A DNA stretch of 64,000 nucleotides from Gemmataceae bacterium (GCA_046350275.1 JAXMAS010000005.1:13224-77223), one strand, 5' to 3'; counted from the stretch's first letter, positions 36,895 to 46,668 are shown. A program made the numbers and translations. The notes: generated from the letters alone by a model not told the origin.

Positions 36895-38001
36895 ATGAAC
36901 AGCCACATCCGCCTGGTGCTGCCGTCGGTCGCTGTCGCACTGACGGGCTACCTGGCCACAACTCCCGCGAACGCGTGTTGTCCCGTGCCGCCGCCGGGTC
37001 AGTCGGTCGTCAACGCCGACCAGACCGTGGTTATGATCTGGGACGCGGCCACCAAGACGCAGCACTTCATCCGGCAAGCTTCGTTCAAGAGTGGAGCCGA
37101 CGACTTCGGCTTCCTGATCCCGAGTCCAACGCAGCCGGAACTCGACGAGTCCGGCAACGAGGTATTCCCGTATTTGCAGGACTTGACCAAGCCGGAGGTC
37201 ATCGTGCGGCAGGCTGGCAGGTCGGGCTGTGGCTGTAGCTCCACTCCACCACCGATGGCAATGAACGCCGCGGTGAAATCGGACGAGGTTCGCGTGCTGG
37301 AGCGCAAGTTCGTTGCCGGCCTGGACGCCGCGGTTCTGGAAGTGAAGTCGGCCGACGCACTGACTCAATGGCTCAAGGACCACAACTACGCCTATTCACC
37401 AGCCGTCGAGGCATGGGCCAAGCCCTATGTCGAAATGGGCTGGAAGATTACCGCCCTCAAAGTGGCGAAGCCGGAGCCGGGGGCCGCGACGAAAGATGTG
37501 GCAGCGACTGCTCTGCGCCTTAGCTTCAAGACCGATCGGCCGTTGTTCCCATACCGCGAGCCCGACTACGGCAACGCCGCGACGAATCTGGGCAACGGCC
37601 GACGGTCGCTGCGCATTTTCTTTGTCGCCGATGCCCGATTCCAGGGCGGCTTGACGAAGGAGGCGCCGTGGACCGGCCGCGTCGCCTGGTCGGGCAAGAT
37701 AAAGTCCGAGAACCGTCGCAGGGCGCTCGACTTAATGAAGCTGCCAGCGACGACGGGGCCGGCCGAATGGTGGTTGACCGAGTTTGAGGACGACTGGCCG
37801 TACCGTGTGGCTCCGGCCGACGTGTACTTCGCACGCGACGACAACCAGAATACGGTGGCGCGGCCGCCGATCGTGCACTACGTTGCTTTGCCGTTGCCGA
37901 CCGATGCGGCGGTGTATGCTCTGGCGGCTGTGGCTATCGTGCCGGCTCTGGTGCGGCGTTTCCGACGGCGGGCCATTCCCAACGGCCGGAAAATCGGCTA
38001 G
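36895..38001 (+). CDS. DUF2330-like secreted/membrane-anchored protein (signal peptide, Cys-rich segments, C-terminal TM)
   Basis: It reads MNSHIRLVLPSVAVALTGYLATTPANACCPVPPPG, has a GCGCSS segment, and ends in a hydrophobic helix AAVYALAAVAIVPALVRRFRRRA. The family call is tentative. Confidence 0.45.
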   Translation: MNSHIRLVLPSVAVALTGYLATTPANACCPVPPPGQSVVNADQTVVMIWDAATKTQHFIRQASFKSGADDFGFLIPSPTQPELDESGNEVFPYLQDLTKPEVIVRQAGRSGCGCSSTPPPMAMNAAVKSDEVRVLERKFVAGLDAAVLEVKSADALTQWLKDHNYAYSPAVEAWAKPYVEMGWKITALKVAKPEPGAATKDVAATALRLSFKTDRPLFPYREPDYGNAATNLGNGRRSLRIFFVADARFQGGLTKEAPWTGRVAWSGKIKSENRRRALDLMKLPATTGPAEWWLTEFEDDWPYRVAPADVYFARDDNQNTVARPPIVHYVALPLPTDAAVYALAAVAIVPALVRRFRRRAIPNGRKIG

Positions 38002-38021
38002 AGTACACTCATCCTCACGCC

Positions 38022-38471
38022 ATGGACCGACATACCATGCACTTTCAGTTCGAGGTCGCTCAGCCGACGCCGGAAGCGCCTCCGCCGCAGGGCGATGGGC
38101 CGCCGCCGCTCGACACGGTTGCCGATCTTCTGAAGCAGCTTCTCGATGTGCAGCGCGAGCAGTTGATGCTATCGCGAGCGTTGACCGCCGCTCACGACGC
38201 CCGCGAGCGCTGGCGGGCCACTATGGCCCGCATGGGCGATGACTTCACCGGTCTGCCAGCGACTTGCAAGAGTGTCCTGCCGCTCTTGGAGCGTGCCTAC
38301 ATCGACATGGTTGCCGAGCTAACCGAGAAACTCCGAGACGAAGAGGTGGACAACGAATTTGCGCTCGCGGAGTTCCTCGACCGCTACGGCATGAGGCTCA
38401 ACCAGCTTGGGACGATTCTCAACGCCGTTGGCCCGCTGGCCGAAGTGGAACCGAGCAACGCGAGCGGTTGA
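38022..38471 (+). CDS. Hypothetical protein (Pro-rich N-terminus, helical)
   Basis: The ORF lies 20 nt after the upstream gene and is followed by a textbook terminator. The start codon choice is uncertain (ATG 38022 or 38037). Confidence 0.4.
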   Translation: MDRHTMHFQFEVAQPTPEAPPPQGDGPPPLDTVADLLKQLLDVQREQLMLSRALTAAHDARERWRATMARMGDDFTGLPATCKSVLPLLERAYIDMVAELTEKLRDEEVDNEFALAEFLDRYGMRLNQLGTILNAVGPLAEVEPSNASG

Positions 38472-38508
38472 GTTTCCTGCGGACGCACGCCAATATCGCC
38501 TGCATCGT

Positions 38509-38549
38509 TGGCCGCCTGGCGGACTAGCCAGGCGGCCAGTGTTTTTTTT
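38509..38549 (+). terminator. Canonical intrinsic terminator (10-bp stem GGCCGCCTGG/CCAGGCGGCC followed by a T9 tract)
   Basis: Read directly: ggccgcctggcggactagccaggcggccagtgttttttttt. A T9 run is rare in this GC-rich DNA. Confidence 0.75.
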
Positions 38550-38556
38550 TCACCCG

Positions 38557-39921
38557 TTACCAGCGCAATTCCGCTCCGAAGCTGACGCCCTGTGCCCAGA
38601 AGTCGTTGCTCTTGAAGATTGGAGCCGGGCGCACGTCGGGAGCCGGGTTGATGACACCCGCCGGGGCGAATCGCGGAATTCGCGTGGCATCGAGCGTGAT
38701 GTCGATGTGTTCGCCGGCACGGGCGACGCGGCTCCAGTACAGGAAGTCGTAGCCGCCGAACAAGCGCAGACCGGGAACCGGGTAGTAGCTCACTTGCCCG
38801 GACACTTGCGGCACGAACGCGAAAACGTTGCGCGTTTGTGTGCCGATGTTCGAGTCGAGAGCCAACATTCCTCCGACGAAATGCAGCGTTTGGCCGTTCG
38901 TCAGGAATCGCGTGTTGGTCCCTTCGATTGACACCTTTTCGTGCGTCGCACCAAACGCGAACATCGTCTTGATGTCGAGCGAGAAGTCCTTGTAACGGTA
39001 CTCGAAGTTCGCACCGAACTGGCCGCCGTAAAAATCGTTGTCGGTCGCAAACCGATCGAACACGACTGCACGCGAACCGGCTAACTCGTCTGGGAAGTTG
39101 ACATCGTTAGCGACGCGCTGCGTCTCCTCGGTTAGCGTTAACGTCTCGTCGAGGTTCAGGTAGCGAAGGCCAACGATGCCGTCGATCCGGGTATTGCATC
39201 CCTGCATCAGGCGACGGCGGAAGTTGATCTCCGCACCCCAAAACTCGCTGTTCAACTCCGTAGAAAACAGCCCGATGACGTCTCCACCGATGAACACGGG
39301 CTTGGCGAGAAACCCTTCCAACCCCGGATTGTTCGAGATGAAAGGGCGAGACAAGTTGGGGAACTCCAACGAGCTAATCCCGATCGACGCATGGCGGTCG
39401 CCGGTGACGAAAGGGATGAGCTCGATACCACTTGTCGAGCAGCGATCGAACCAACGGGTGTAGGTCACCCGCCCACCGTAGCGCTGTTGCTCATCGAGGT
39501 CTTCGCCGCCGATCAGAATGCCGCCGTTGGGACGAAATCCGTTGACGCTCGGTGGCGTCGCCTGCGCCAGGGGGGGCGTCGCGGCAGCCTTGATCCACCA
39601 GACCAGCGCGTCGGCGGAAAAGACGTTTCGCGGCGGTTCGTCGTAGTACTTCAGCCACAGGTCGAGTAACGACCCTGGAGCTGCTGCACTGTCGGCAGGC
39701 GTTGGCACCTCGGGACTGCCGTTGAACCCGCCCGGAGCCATCAACTGGTCGGCTGCCGACGCGGCCGTTGGAGCCGATGCCGGCTGACCGGACGCTGGTG
39801 GAGCGGTCACGGCGGGCTGAGTCGGGGCAGCAGGCGTCGTCGGCGGGACAGGATCCGCGGCCGCGGCGCTCGACAGCAGCCCGAGCGAGGCTCCGAGGGC
39901 ACACGTGAGCAGTTTCTTCAT
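38557..39921 (-). CDS. Putative outer-membrane beta-barrel protein (BBP7-like, Planctomycetes)
   Basis: It has a signal peptide (MKKLLTCALGASLGLLSSAAAADP), an Ala/Pro/Thr-rich N-terminal region, alternating amphipathic beta-strand-like segments, and a C-terminal aromatic residue (ELRW). Confidence 0.5.
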   Translation of the reverse strand: MKKLLTCALGASLGLLSSAAAADPVPPTTPAAPTQPAVTAPPASGQPASAPTAASAADQLMAPGGFNGSPEVPTPADSAAAPGSLLDLWLKYYDEPPRNVFSADALVWWIKAAATPPLAQATPPSVNGFRPNGGILIGGEDLDEQQRYGGRVTYTRWFDRCSTSGIELIPFVTGDRHASIGISSLEFPNLSRPFISNNPGLEGFLAKPVFIGGDVIGLFSTELNSEFWGAEINFRRRLMQGCNTRIDGIVGLRYLNLDETLTLTEETQRVANDVNFPDELAGSRAVVFDRFATDNDFYGGQFGANFEYRYKDFSLDIKTMFAFGATHEKVSIEGTNTRFLTNGQTLHFVGGMLALDSNIGTQTRNVFAFVPQVSGQVSYYPVPGLRLFGGYDFLYWSRVARAGEHIDITLDATRIPRFAPAGVINPAPDVRPAPIFKSNDFWAQGVSFGAELRW

Positions 39922-40269
39922 GGCTACTCCGAATCCGTAGTCGCGAATCCCCGGCGCGGTTGCGCCCGGAGCATCGAAGCTGCCGTTTAGATCGGTTACG
40001 CCGCGAACGCGGATTCTGCGAAAGCTACGGAAACGCGCAACCGGTGCCGTAAAACTCTTCGATACGGTTGGCAAAGTTGCCGTAACTTGCCCAGTCACCT
40101 GCCGCGGGACACGAGACATGAGCCGGAAGTAAGGAGACTTGCATCGGACTGCCAGCATTCGGGCGGAATCGCGAATTCTGCCGCGATGTCTCGACGGTAG
40201 GCGTGCCGGTGGGGTAAGATACCGGTTGTATCAGTTCGCGCAACGGATCGTTCATCCGAGGGTCGAATC

Positions 40270-41208
40270 ATGTCATCCGGTCGGACGCCGCATCGCGGCG
40301 CGTTCACACTCATCGAACTCATGATCGTGATTGCGATCATTGGCCTATTGATTGGGTTAGCGGTCCCTGCGGTGCAGAAGGCTCGCGAGCTGTCGATGCG
40401 AACGCAATGCGTCAACCAGCTCAAGCAAATCGCGCTGGCAGCGCATCAGTACCAGAACGACAAGGGAAGCCTGCCAACCGCCGGCGGTCTGTTCCGCTAT
40501 GGCAATCCGTCGGTGGATCGTCAGGACTTCGGCTGGACCTATGAAATCCTGCCCTATATCGACCAACAAAACGTCTTCGGCCTTCAGGCCAACGCGGCTG
40601 GGAACGCCCAGATGCGAACGACGGTTATCCCGACCTACCATTGCCCGAGCAAGCGTCAGCCCCAACTGTACAACGGCATTGCGGTCTCCGATTACGCCAT
40701 GAACGTGGGGAGCAACTTCTCGGCACAAGATCCATCGACCACCAACATCCTGACCGACGGTGTCGCTAGCGTTAAGCGCAATAACGATGGCGCCTTTCTG
40801 AAGATCACGTTTTCGAGCGTGAGTGACGGCGTCAGTCAGACGCTGATGTTTGCGGAGAAGCGCATTAACTTTCCGACGATGGCCGGCTTGGATCGCAATG
40901 ACGACAGCGACAACTCGGGCTGGGCCGGGCCGGGATTCCCGACCGGCGACATCGTCCGTGGGGCGCTGATGCCCCCCGCTCCGGACCTCAACAACCCATC
41001 CGCTGCGTCCGCGATGTCCACCGAGTATCGGTTCGGTTCGTCGCACTCGGCCGTCTGTCCCGGCGCATTTGTGGACGCATCCGTCCACACGATTCGCTTT
41101 TCCGTGTCGGCAACGGTGTTCCGAGCGCTTTGTACGCGGGAGGGTCGCAAGACGGGCGCGACCCCAGCCGCTCGTCAGGCGGAGACGTTCGAGATCGACG
41201 ACCTGTGA
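40270..41208 (+). CDS. DUF1559 domain protein with a prepilin-type N-terminal methylation domain (second copy)
   Basis: It reads GAFTLIELMIVIAIIGLLIGLAVPAVQKARELSMRTQCVNQLKQIALAAHQYQ and ends with a C-terminal H-x9-DG-like segment. Local GC is lower than the flanks. Confidence 0.8.
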   Translation: MSSGRTPHRGAFTLIELMIVIAIIGLLIGLAVPAVQKARELSMRTQCVNQLKQIALAAHQYQNDKGSLPTAGGLFRYGNPSVDRQDFGWTYEILPYIDQQNVFGLQANAAGNAQMRTTVIPTYHCPSKRQPQLYNGIAVSDYAMNVGSNFSAQDPSTTNILTDGVASVKRNNDGAFLKITFSSVSDGVSQTLMFAEKRINFPTMAGLDRNDDSDNSGWAGPGFPTGDIVRGALMPPAPDLNNPSAASAMSTEYRFGSSHSAVCPGAFVDASVHTIRFSVSATVFRALCTREGRKTGATPAARQAETFEIDDL

Positions 41209-41242
41209 GCAATCGCGCTACGATGCCGTCATCAAAACGGCA

Positions 41243-42628
41243 TCACGGCGCGACGGTCAGTTTGAGAGTGGGAGGCGGAAGCGTCGGGTGTCTGCGGCTC
41301 GCGAAACCGTGAACGAGGTCACCCCGTCCGCTTCCCTTTGTATCGCGTACGACAATCAATGTCGCCACCGCGCCAGTTCGCTGGGACAGAAACGTGGCCA
41401 GGTCTGGGCCGCCAATCGTGTATGGCCCGGTCTGAACGCCCTGAGGCACGACAAACGAGCCGAGCCGCCAAGCCTGTGCCGGGTTCAACTCGCCTCCGTC
41501 GGGTTGATTGGCGGGTGCATTCCCCCATGTCAGCACTTTCGGATCCCAGTCTTCGAGTACCCTGTCGGTCAGACCGTAAACCGAGAAAGTACAATCCGGC
41601 ACTTCAGCAGCGAATCCCATCTCAGTCGGTGAGAGCGTCAGGGTCAATTGCGCGTCGCTGAGCTTTCGACCGGCGAGCGGGGCGAGGTCAAAGCCCATGT
41701 ATGCTTTGCGCAAGTAAGCATTCTGCTTGCCGATGGTGTTTTTGACGAGTAGCAGGATATCGGAGTGATGTTCGGGGTATCGTCCCGGTGTAACGTAGCC
41801 ATCCTTACCACGACCGGCGGCCGTCGAGATGGTGAGTGCATCGGGCAGGTTCGGCACATTCACGACGGCCGGCCGCGGCTCGATCGTGGGATCCAGATCC
41901 TTCAGTCCCGACGGGCTGGCGCGAAGAAAGGCTCCAGTCTTTACCGGCGCGACCTGACCGCTACGATGGTGTGTCACATCGACATGACCATTGAAGACCT
42001 GCAAGTCGGCTGTGTGGCCGTCGTGAACGTGGACGCCGAATTCTGTCCCGATATCCTTGAGCTCCGCAGTCGGTGTATCGACAAGAAACCCGCTTGCAGG
42101 AGGTGGCACTTTCGCCACCAGCCGGCCACTGCGCAAGACACAGCGCCTTGGCCCCATAATCTCGATGTCAGCGGGACCTTCCAACGACAGCTCAGCACCG
42201 CAATCGAAATGCAATCGCGCTAATCCCTCGGCGAGTCGGAGGCGGCCCAAGGTCAGACGGGCACCTTGCTCGGTCGGCAACGTCCCGCCGTCCCACTTGC
42301 ACGCGCGCGCCTCCATAAGTGTCGCCACCGTGGACGGGCGGACCATGGCCCACGTTCCGACACCGAGCAGGAGCGCTACCGCGATGCCGAACAAAGCAGC
42401 CAGCCAACGGCGACGCGGCCGACGTAGCATCGGCAGTTTGGCAGGTGCGATATCGCCGGCTGAGAACGCCAGCGCTGCGTGTTGGTGGATGTATTGAACG
42501 TAGAGCCGCATTGCCTCGGCATTGGTAAGGGCTATGCGTTCGAGATCCGCGGCGTCGTCGGGCGTCAGGCGTCCCTCGATGGCTGCATCGGCCAGGCGAA
42601 ACAGTTCATTCCGATCGAACGTTGCCAC
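41243..42628 (-). CDS. FecR-family anti-sigma factor (N-terminal anti-sigma domain, TM, periplasmic FecR domain plus extra C-terminal domain)
   Basis: It has a cytoplasmic N-terminus, a TM helix (WLAALFGIAVALLLGVGTWAMV), FecR-like motifs (LEGPADIEIMGPRRCVLRSGRLVAKVP, TPTAELKDIGTEFGVHV), and lies directly downstream of the ECF sigma gene. Confidence 0.7.
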   Translation of the reverse strand: MATFDRNELFRLADAAIEGRLTPDDAADLERIALTNAEAMRLYVQYIHQHAALAFSAGDIAPAKLPMLRRPRRRWLAALFGIAVALLLGVGTWAMVRPSTVATLMEARACKWDGGTLPTEQGARLTLGRLRLAEGLARLHFDCGAELSLEGPADIEIMGPRRCVLRSGRLVAKVPPPASGFLVDTPTAELKDIGTEFGVHVHDGHTADLQVFNGHVDVTHHRSGQVAPVKTGAFLRASPSGLKDLDPTIEPRPAVVNVPNLPDALTISTAAGRGKDGYVTPGRYPEHHSDILLLVKNTIGKQNAYLRKAYMGFDLAPLAGRKLSDAQLTLTLSPTEMGFAAEVPDCTFSVYGLTDRVLEDWDPKVLTWGNAPANQPDGGELNPAQAWRLGSFVVPQGVQTGPYTIGGPDLATFLSQRTGAVATLIVVRDTKGSGRGDLVHGFASRRHPTLPPPTLKLTVAP

Positions 42629-42631
42629 GAT

Positions 42632-43168
42632 TCATGCCTCCTGAGCGAGGGAGCGGGTGACACATTCGTGCAGTTCGCGGCGAATGCGGCTCAACGCGCG
42701 ATACACAGCATCGACGGTCCGGCCAAGTTGTTCAGCGATGGTATCAATGCCGTGACCCTCACTATAGCGGAGTTGGATAAGGGTCCGGTGATGCGGCGGC
42801 AGCCGAGTGAGGCAGGTGGCGAGTGCCCGGCAACGGCATTCGAGTAATTCGTCTGTGGCCTCAGCCTCGGCAGCGACAGCCGCCAGAAACTCGTCGGAGA
42901 ACTCCAACCGATCACGCTGGCGCTTCTTGCGCCAGGCCAGAACCTGGTGAAAGGCAACTCGACACGCCCATGCGGCGAAGTTGGTCCCAGGTCGGAATTG
43001 TCCAAACTCGCGCCACAGGACCAGATTGGTCTCTTGGAGCACTTCTTCAGCGTCCCCGGGGCGGGGGACGAGACTGACGACGTAAAGGTAGAGCCGTCGT
43101 TGGTGCTGTGCCAAGAGGCGGACGAATTCATCGACGCGGTCGTCAACTTCGCGGGACACTCCGCTCAT
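42632..43168 (-). CDS. ECF-type RNA polymerase sigma factor (sigma-70 region 2 and region 4)
   Basis: Region 2 reads LYLYVVSLVPRPGDAEEVLQETNLVLWREF. Region 4 reads a helix-turn-helix (TLIQLRYSEGHGIDTIAEQLGRTVDAVYRALSRIRRELH). Confidence 0.85.
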   Translation of the reverse strand: MSGVSREVDDRVDEFVRLLAQHQRRLYLYVVSLVPRPGDAEEVLQETNLVLWREFGQFRPGTNFAAWACRVAFHQVLAWRKKRQRDRLEFSDEFLAAVAAEAEATDELLECRCRALATCLTRLPPHHRTLIQLRYSEGHGIDTIAEQLGRTVDAVYRALSRIRRELHECVTRSLAQEA

Positions 43169-43220
43169 ATCAGTCTAAGAGCGCCAGCGGAGGAAATTGG
43201 ACGGGCGATTCGTCGCGGCA

Positions 43221-44468
43221 CTACACGCCTTCCGCTCGCCGTTTGACCGGCATGAGCCACGGGCGAACCGTTCCAAGGTCCTCGGAGAGCCGTCGAAAGA
43301 CCTCTCGTACGCCGGGCCGCGACTCTATGCCGGTCCCGGCTTGTGTGTACAGACCGAGTAGGAGGCTCCACACAAACAAGGTCTTGAGATTGTACGGTCG
43401 TGGACCCGATCCTTCGGGCAAGAGCCAAACCGGCTCGGTGCCAAACGGTTCGTCGGTCGAACCGGCTCGCTCGGTGCCTTGACCCAGCACGGCATTCCCG
43501 AATCCGAACGCCGTGACGGGAATGATGGCTGCCTCGGAGACGGCGGCCGAATTCACCACCAGATTGATGATTGGCCCGAGGGCATCGCGGAGCGTGGCGT
43601 CGTTCAACTCGTGGCGAGTCCGGTCTGCGTCCGAGAACAGCGTGTCGATTTTGCTCAGCACGATCGCCACGGCCGCGGGCCGTTCGCGCGACCGCTGCCG
43701 CAGTGCCTCACGGAGATACGCAACTGTGATGCGGAGATCGTTCGCATACTTTCGACAATCCTGCGCGCTGGGCCGTGGTGGCGGGCAGGGAACGACGGTC
43801 CACAAGACGTGGGCATCGACGAGGTCGTGCAAGTACTCGTCGTAGCGGGCCTGGTATTCAGCCGCGGAGTCCGGGAGCGTGTGGGTGAGGATCTGGCCAA
43901 TCACTTCCCTCATGCGGATCGCAATGCGACTTTCGTCGCCGTCGAAGACACGATATTGCGTTTGCGACATCCGGATCGTGGGCGGCAGGCCAGACTGATG
44001 TAGCAGGCGCTCTGCCTCTTCCGTCTCTCGGATGAGTCGAGCCACCTCGCGCGGATCGGCGGCATCGATATGCAGACCGGAAGGTAAGTAGTCCCCGACG
44101 ACGCTTTCCCCAATGGCATGAAATATGGCGGTCTTACCGGCGTTACCGCGACCGATACAGCCAATCCGCACTTCGGTGATGTCGGGCGTGCTCGGTTCGG
44201 GGGAAGTTCGTTTGGTAACAGTCGGCTCTACAGCTTTTTCGTTCGGCACTCTAACGGGTTGCGGGGTCGCGGTCGGCGCAGTTGCCGCCGGAACGACGAC
44301 GGCCGTTCCGCAGGCCGTGCATTTTCCTCGACGGCCGGCATAGCGAGCCTGAACCGTGAAGACTCGGCCGCAGTCGGCGTTTGGGCACCGGGCTGTGACT
44401 GTCTGAGGCTGGCTTGCGTCGGCTTGCTCATTGGAACGGATGCCGTTGCCCCCCGCTTCCTTCGCCAT
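43221..44468 (-). CDS. Zinc-ribbon plus P-loop GTPase-like protein
   Basis: The N-terminal zinc ribbon is CPNADCGRV...CTACG. The Walker A / G1 motif is GCIGRGNAGKTAIFHAIG. A G4-like motif is AIVLSKIDTL, with a DxxG-like segment between them. The start is taken at MAKEAGG. Confidence 0.5.
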   Translation of the reverse strand: MAKEAGGNGIRSNEQADASQPQTVTARCPNADCGRVFTVQARYAGRRGKCTACGTAVVVPAATAPTATPQPVRVPNEKAVEPTVTKRTSPEPSTPDITEVRIGCIGRGNAGKTAIFHAIGESVVGDYLPSGLHIDAADPREVARLIRETEEAERLLHQSGLPPTIRMSQTQYRVFDGDESRIAIRMREVIGQILTHTLPDSAAEYQARYDEYLHDLVDAHVLWTVVPCPPPRPSAQDCRKYANDLRITVAYLREALRQRSRERPAAVAIVLSKIDTLFSDADRTRHELNDATLRDALGPIINLVVNSAAVSEAAIIPVTAFGFGNAVLGQGTERAGSTDEPFGTEPVWLLPEGSGPRPYNLKTLFVWSLLLGLYTQAGTGIESRPGVREVFRRLSEDLGTVRPWLMPVKRRAEGV

Positions 44469-44743
44469 CGCCGTCTCCAAAACCGGGGCCGTGGTCGCGG
44501 ATGCAACTCAGTCGGAACACCGGATGTTACCGAGATTATAGCCCGCGATGCATCCGGTTCATCTTGCCCAGACTCGCCTGGCTCCATTCCGCCGTGCCGG
44601 TCGCAGTGAGTTCGCCAGGCCACCCATGTGTGAGCCGTGAGCGGAATGTGCCATTTGTAGCACCTGGGCACACTGGGCCGCAAAAATAGCCGCGGCTCGG
44701 CCGAACGAATTCGACCGAGCCACGGCATGGCATTCGGAGGCGG

Positions 44744-46579
44744 TTAGCGTCCGAAACAGGTTGGATCAATCTTCAAGCATCGTTGGGCGAGCGTGCGCGC
44801 GTCGTCGGCCCGGCCCTCGGCACAGGCAGCGCGGTACGCTGTCATCAATTCGACAAGCCTGGGGTCACACGCAGCCGGTGTTGGCGCAACCGCGGTCCTC
44901 ACTGGGTCGAACGGCCCGCCGGAGGTCGGGGAAACCATGGCATACATCGTCTCGCCAGTGGCCGGACAGCGGCCGAGCCGGTAAATGGCTGCCTTGCCGG
45001 ACGGAACGCTGATCGTCGGCAAGACTGGCGTGCCGGTTGCCGCGTCAAGGCCCCAGATCGTGCCTTCGAGTCGCACGCAGCTCCCGTCGCACGATAGCGT
45101 CGGAGTCAGCGTCAGGCTATTTCCCCGCGTCTCAAACGTGGCTGGCCGCCCCGACAGCGTTATCATGCGGGGTTCGGCGTACAGCTTGCGGCCGTCGCAA
45201 CCGTGGAGGGCATCGGTGAACGCCTTGGCTTCGTCGCCGAGGAACGCGATGTTCTCGGTTGCCATCTTGGCCCACGACCCGCTCGCGTGCGCCCAAAAGC
45301 AATCGCACACAGAGAAGACCGTCATTTCGAGCTGAACCTGACTGGCTGGCTTGACCGGTACGGCCTCTGCCTCTTCGCCGCCGGCCAGCGAGATGACTCG
45401 TGGTGTCAGCAGGACGACGAGGTTATCGGTTTCCGTGTGGCGCGATCGAGCGGAAAAGAACTCGCCGAGCAACGGCAAGTCGCCAAGGACGGGTATCTTC
45501 GATACCTCAGCGACCTCGTGCGATCGGCGACCCGCGCAGAACACCGCAGTGCGACCCGTCGGGACGGCAATCATCTTGGTAATGCCGCACGTGGTCTGCG
45601 TTGGCTGCTGAATGAACTGCGTAAACGGGATCGGCTGTCCCTTGGCCCCGCCTTCGAAGACCGGCGTGATCGATGTCGTGATCGGGAAGAGGGCACCCTC
45701 GCCTTGAAGCTCCGTCACCTCGGCGTTCATCCGGACGGAAATGGCTTTGCGGCCGGGCAGGATGTTGCCGCGGAGCGTCATCGTCACGCCGGACGACAGC
45801 ATCTCCTGACGCGGAACCATCACCGTCTGTCCTTCGACTTCGTGCCGATCGACTCCGACGACGAACGCCTTCATATCCCCAACTTTGACCGTCGCCTCCT
45901 GGCCATCCATCGCTGTCAAACGCGGGGCTTGCATGACGTTGGTGCGGACGTCGCCCTGCGCCATTTCCAGAATCGCTCGCGTTTCGTCGATCGTCATCAT
46001 GCTCACGCCATCGGCCGAGCCAGGCCGACCCATCGCCTCGTAGCATCGGTCGGACACCGAGATCAGCCGGACGTCGAATGTAATCTGCTGGTCCTGAAGT
46101 CGGCGCAACGATGCCAGCAAATCGACAATCTGCTGGTGGACGGCTGGCTTTTGGCGTACGACGAGTGCGAGGCCGATTGCGTGAAACTCGATCGTCCCTT
46201 CACCGCCGGCCGTCGTCCACGTGTCGGGAGCGACCGTGTTGACGATGAGTTGGACCAATTCGCGGTGCATCGTCTTTGGAGCCGTCGGGGCCGGGGCAAC
46301 ACGACACACCTCGGGGCAGCTACCGGGTGCCATGCCAGGCTTTTTTTCAGTCGCCATCATTGGCGGTGCGACGCGACATGCATCGGGACAGGCCGCGGTC
46401 GGGCAGGGCAGTACGACGGCGGAAGAAGTCGCGGGGGCCGCGTGCGGCGAGATGGGATCAGGCACGGGCACGACCAGATCGGCAACAGAGTAGACGCGCT
46501 GGACCAGGACATCGTCGGCACGGGCGGCCGACAGCACCAATGCGGTCGCCGCGAAGGCGAGAAGGAAGCGTCGCATCAT
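44744..46579 (-). CDS. Secretin family protein (GspD/PilQ-like) with Cys-rich N-terminal repeats and a roughly 190-aa Cys-rich C-terminal extension
   Basis: It has a signal peptide (MMRRFLLAFAATALVLSAARADD). The secretin C-domain signature is IPVLGDLPLLGEFFSARSRHTETDNLVVLLTPRVI. The N-terminus repeats CP.ACRVAP twice and the C-terminus has at least 10 Cys. Confidence 0.7.
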   Translation of the reverse strand: MMRRFLLAFAATALVLSAARADDVLVQRVYSVADLVVPVPDPISPHAAPATSSAVVLPCPTAACPDACRVAPPMMATEKKPGMAPGSCPEVCRVAPAPTAPKTMHRELVQLIVNTVAPDTWTTAGGEGTIEFHAIGLALVVRQKPAVHQQIVDLLASLRRLQDQQITFDVRLISVSDRCYEAMGRPGSADGVSMMTIDETRAILEMAQGDVRTNVMQAPRLTAMDGQEATVKVGDMKAFVVGVDRHEVEGQTVMVPRQEMLSSGVTMTLRGNILPGRKAISVRMNAEVTELQGEGALFPITTSITPVFEGGAKGQPIPFTQFIQQPTQTTCGITKMIAVPTGRTAVFCAGRRSHEVAEVSKIPVLGDLPLLGEFFSARSRHTETDNLVVLLTPRVISLAGGEEAEAVPVKPASQVQLEMTVFSVCDCFWAHASGSWAKMATENIAFLGDEAKAFTDALHGCDGRKLYAEPRMITLSGRPATFETRGNSLTLTPTLSCDGSCVRLEGTIWGLDAATGTPVLPTISVPSGKAAIYRLGRCPATGETMYAMVSPTSGGPFDPVRTAVAPTPAACDPRLVELMTAYRAACAEGRADDARTLAQRCLKIDPTCFGR

Positions 46580-46668
46580 GCACGGGGATCCTCGGGCGAG
46601 GGGACGGGGGGGCGGCGAAGTGCGCGGAAAATAGCGAAGTGCGTGGACGGGTCAATCCCAACATAGGT

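Noticed and set aside
44481-44743. GCTCGG...CCGAGC short inverted repeat and EcoRI-like palindrome after the secretin stop
   Set aside because: It has only 6-bp arms with no T-tract. It is too weak to call a terminator or operator with any confidence.
45203-46666. 487-aa plus-strand ORF opposite the secretin gene
   Set aside because: The secretin on the minus strand has the canonical C-terminal signature. This ORF is an antisense artefact.
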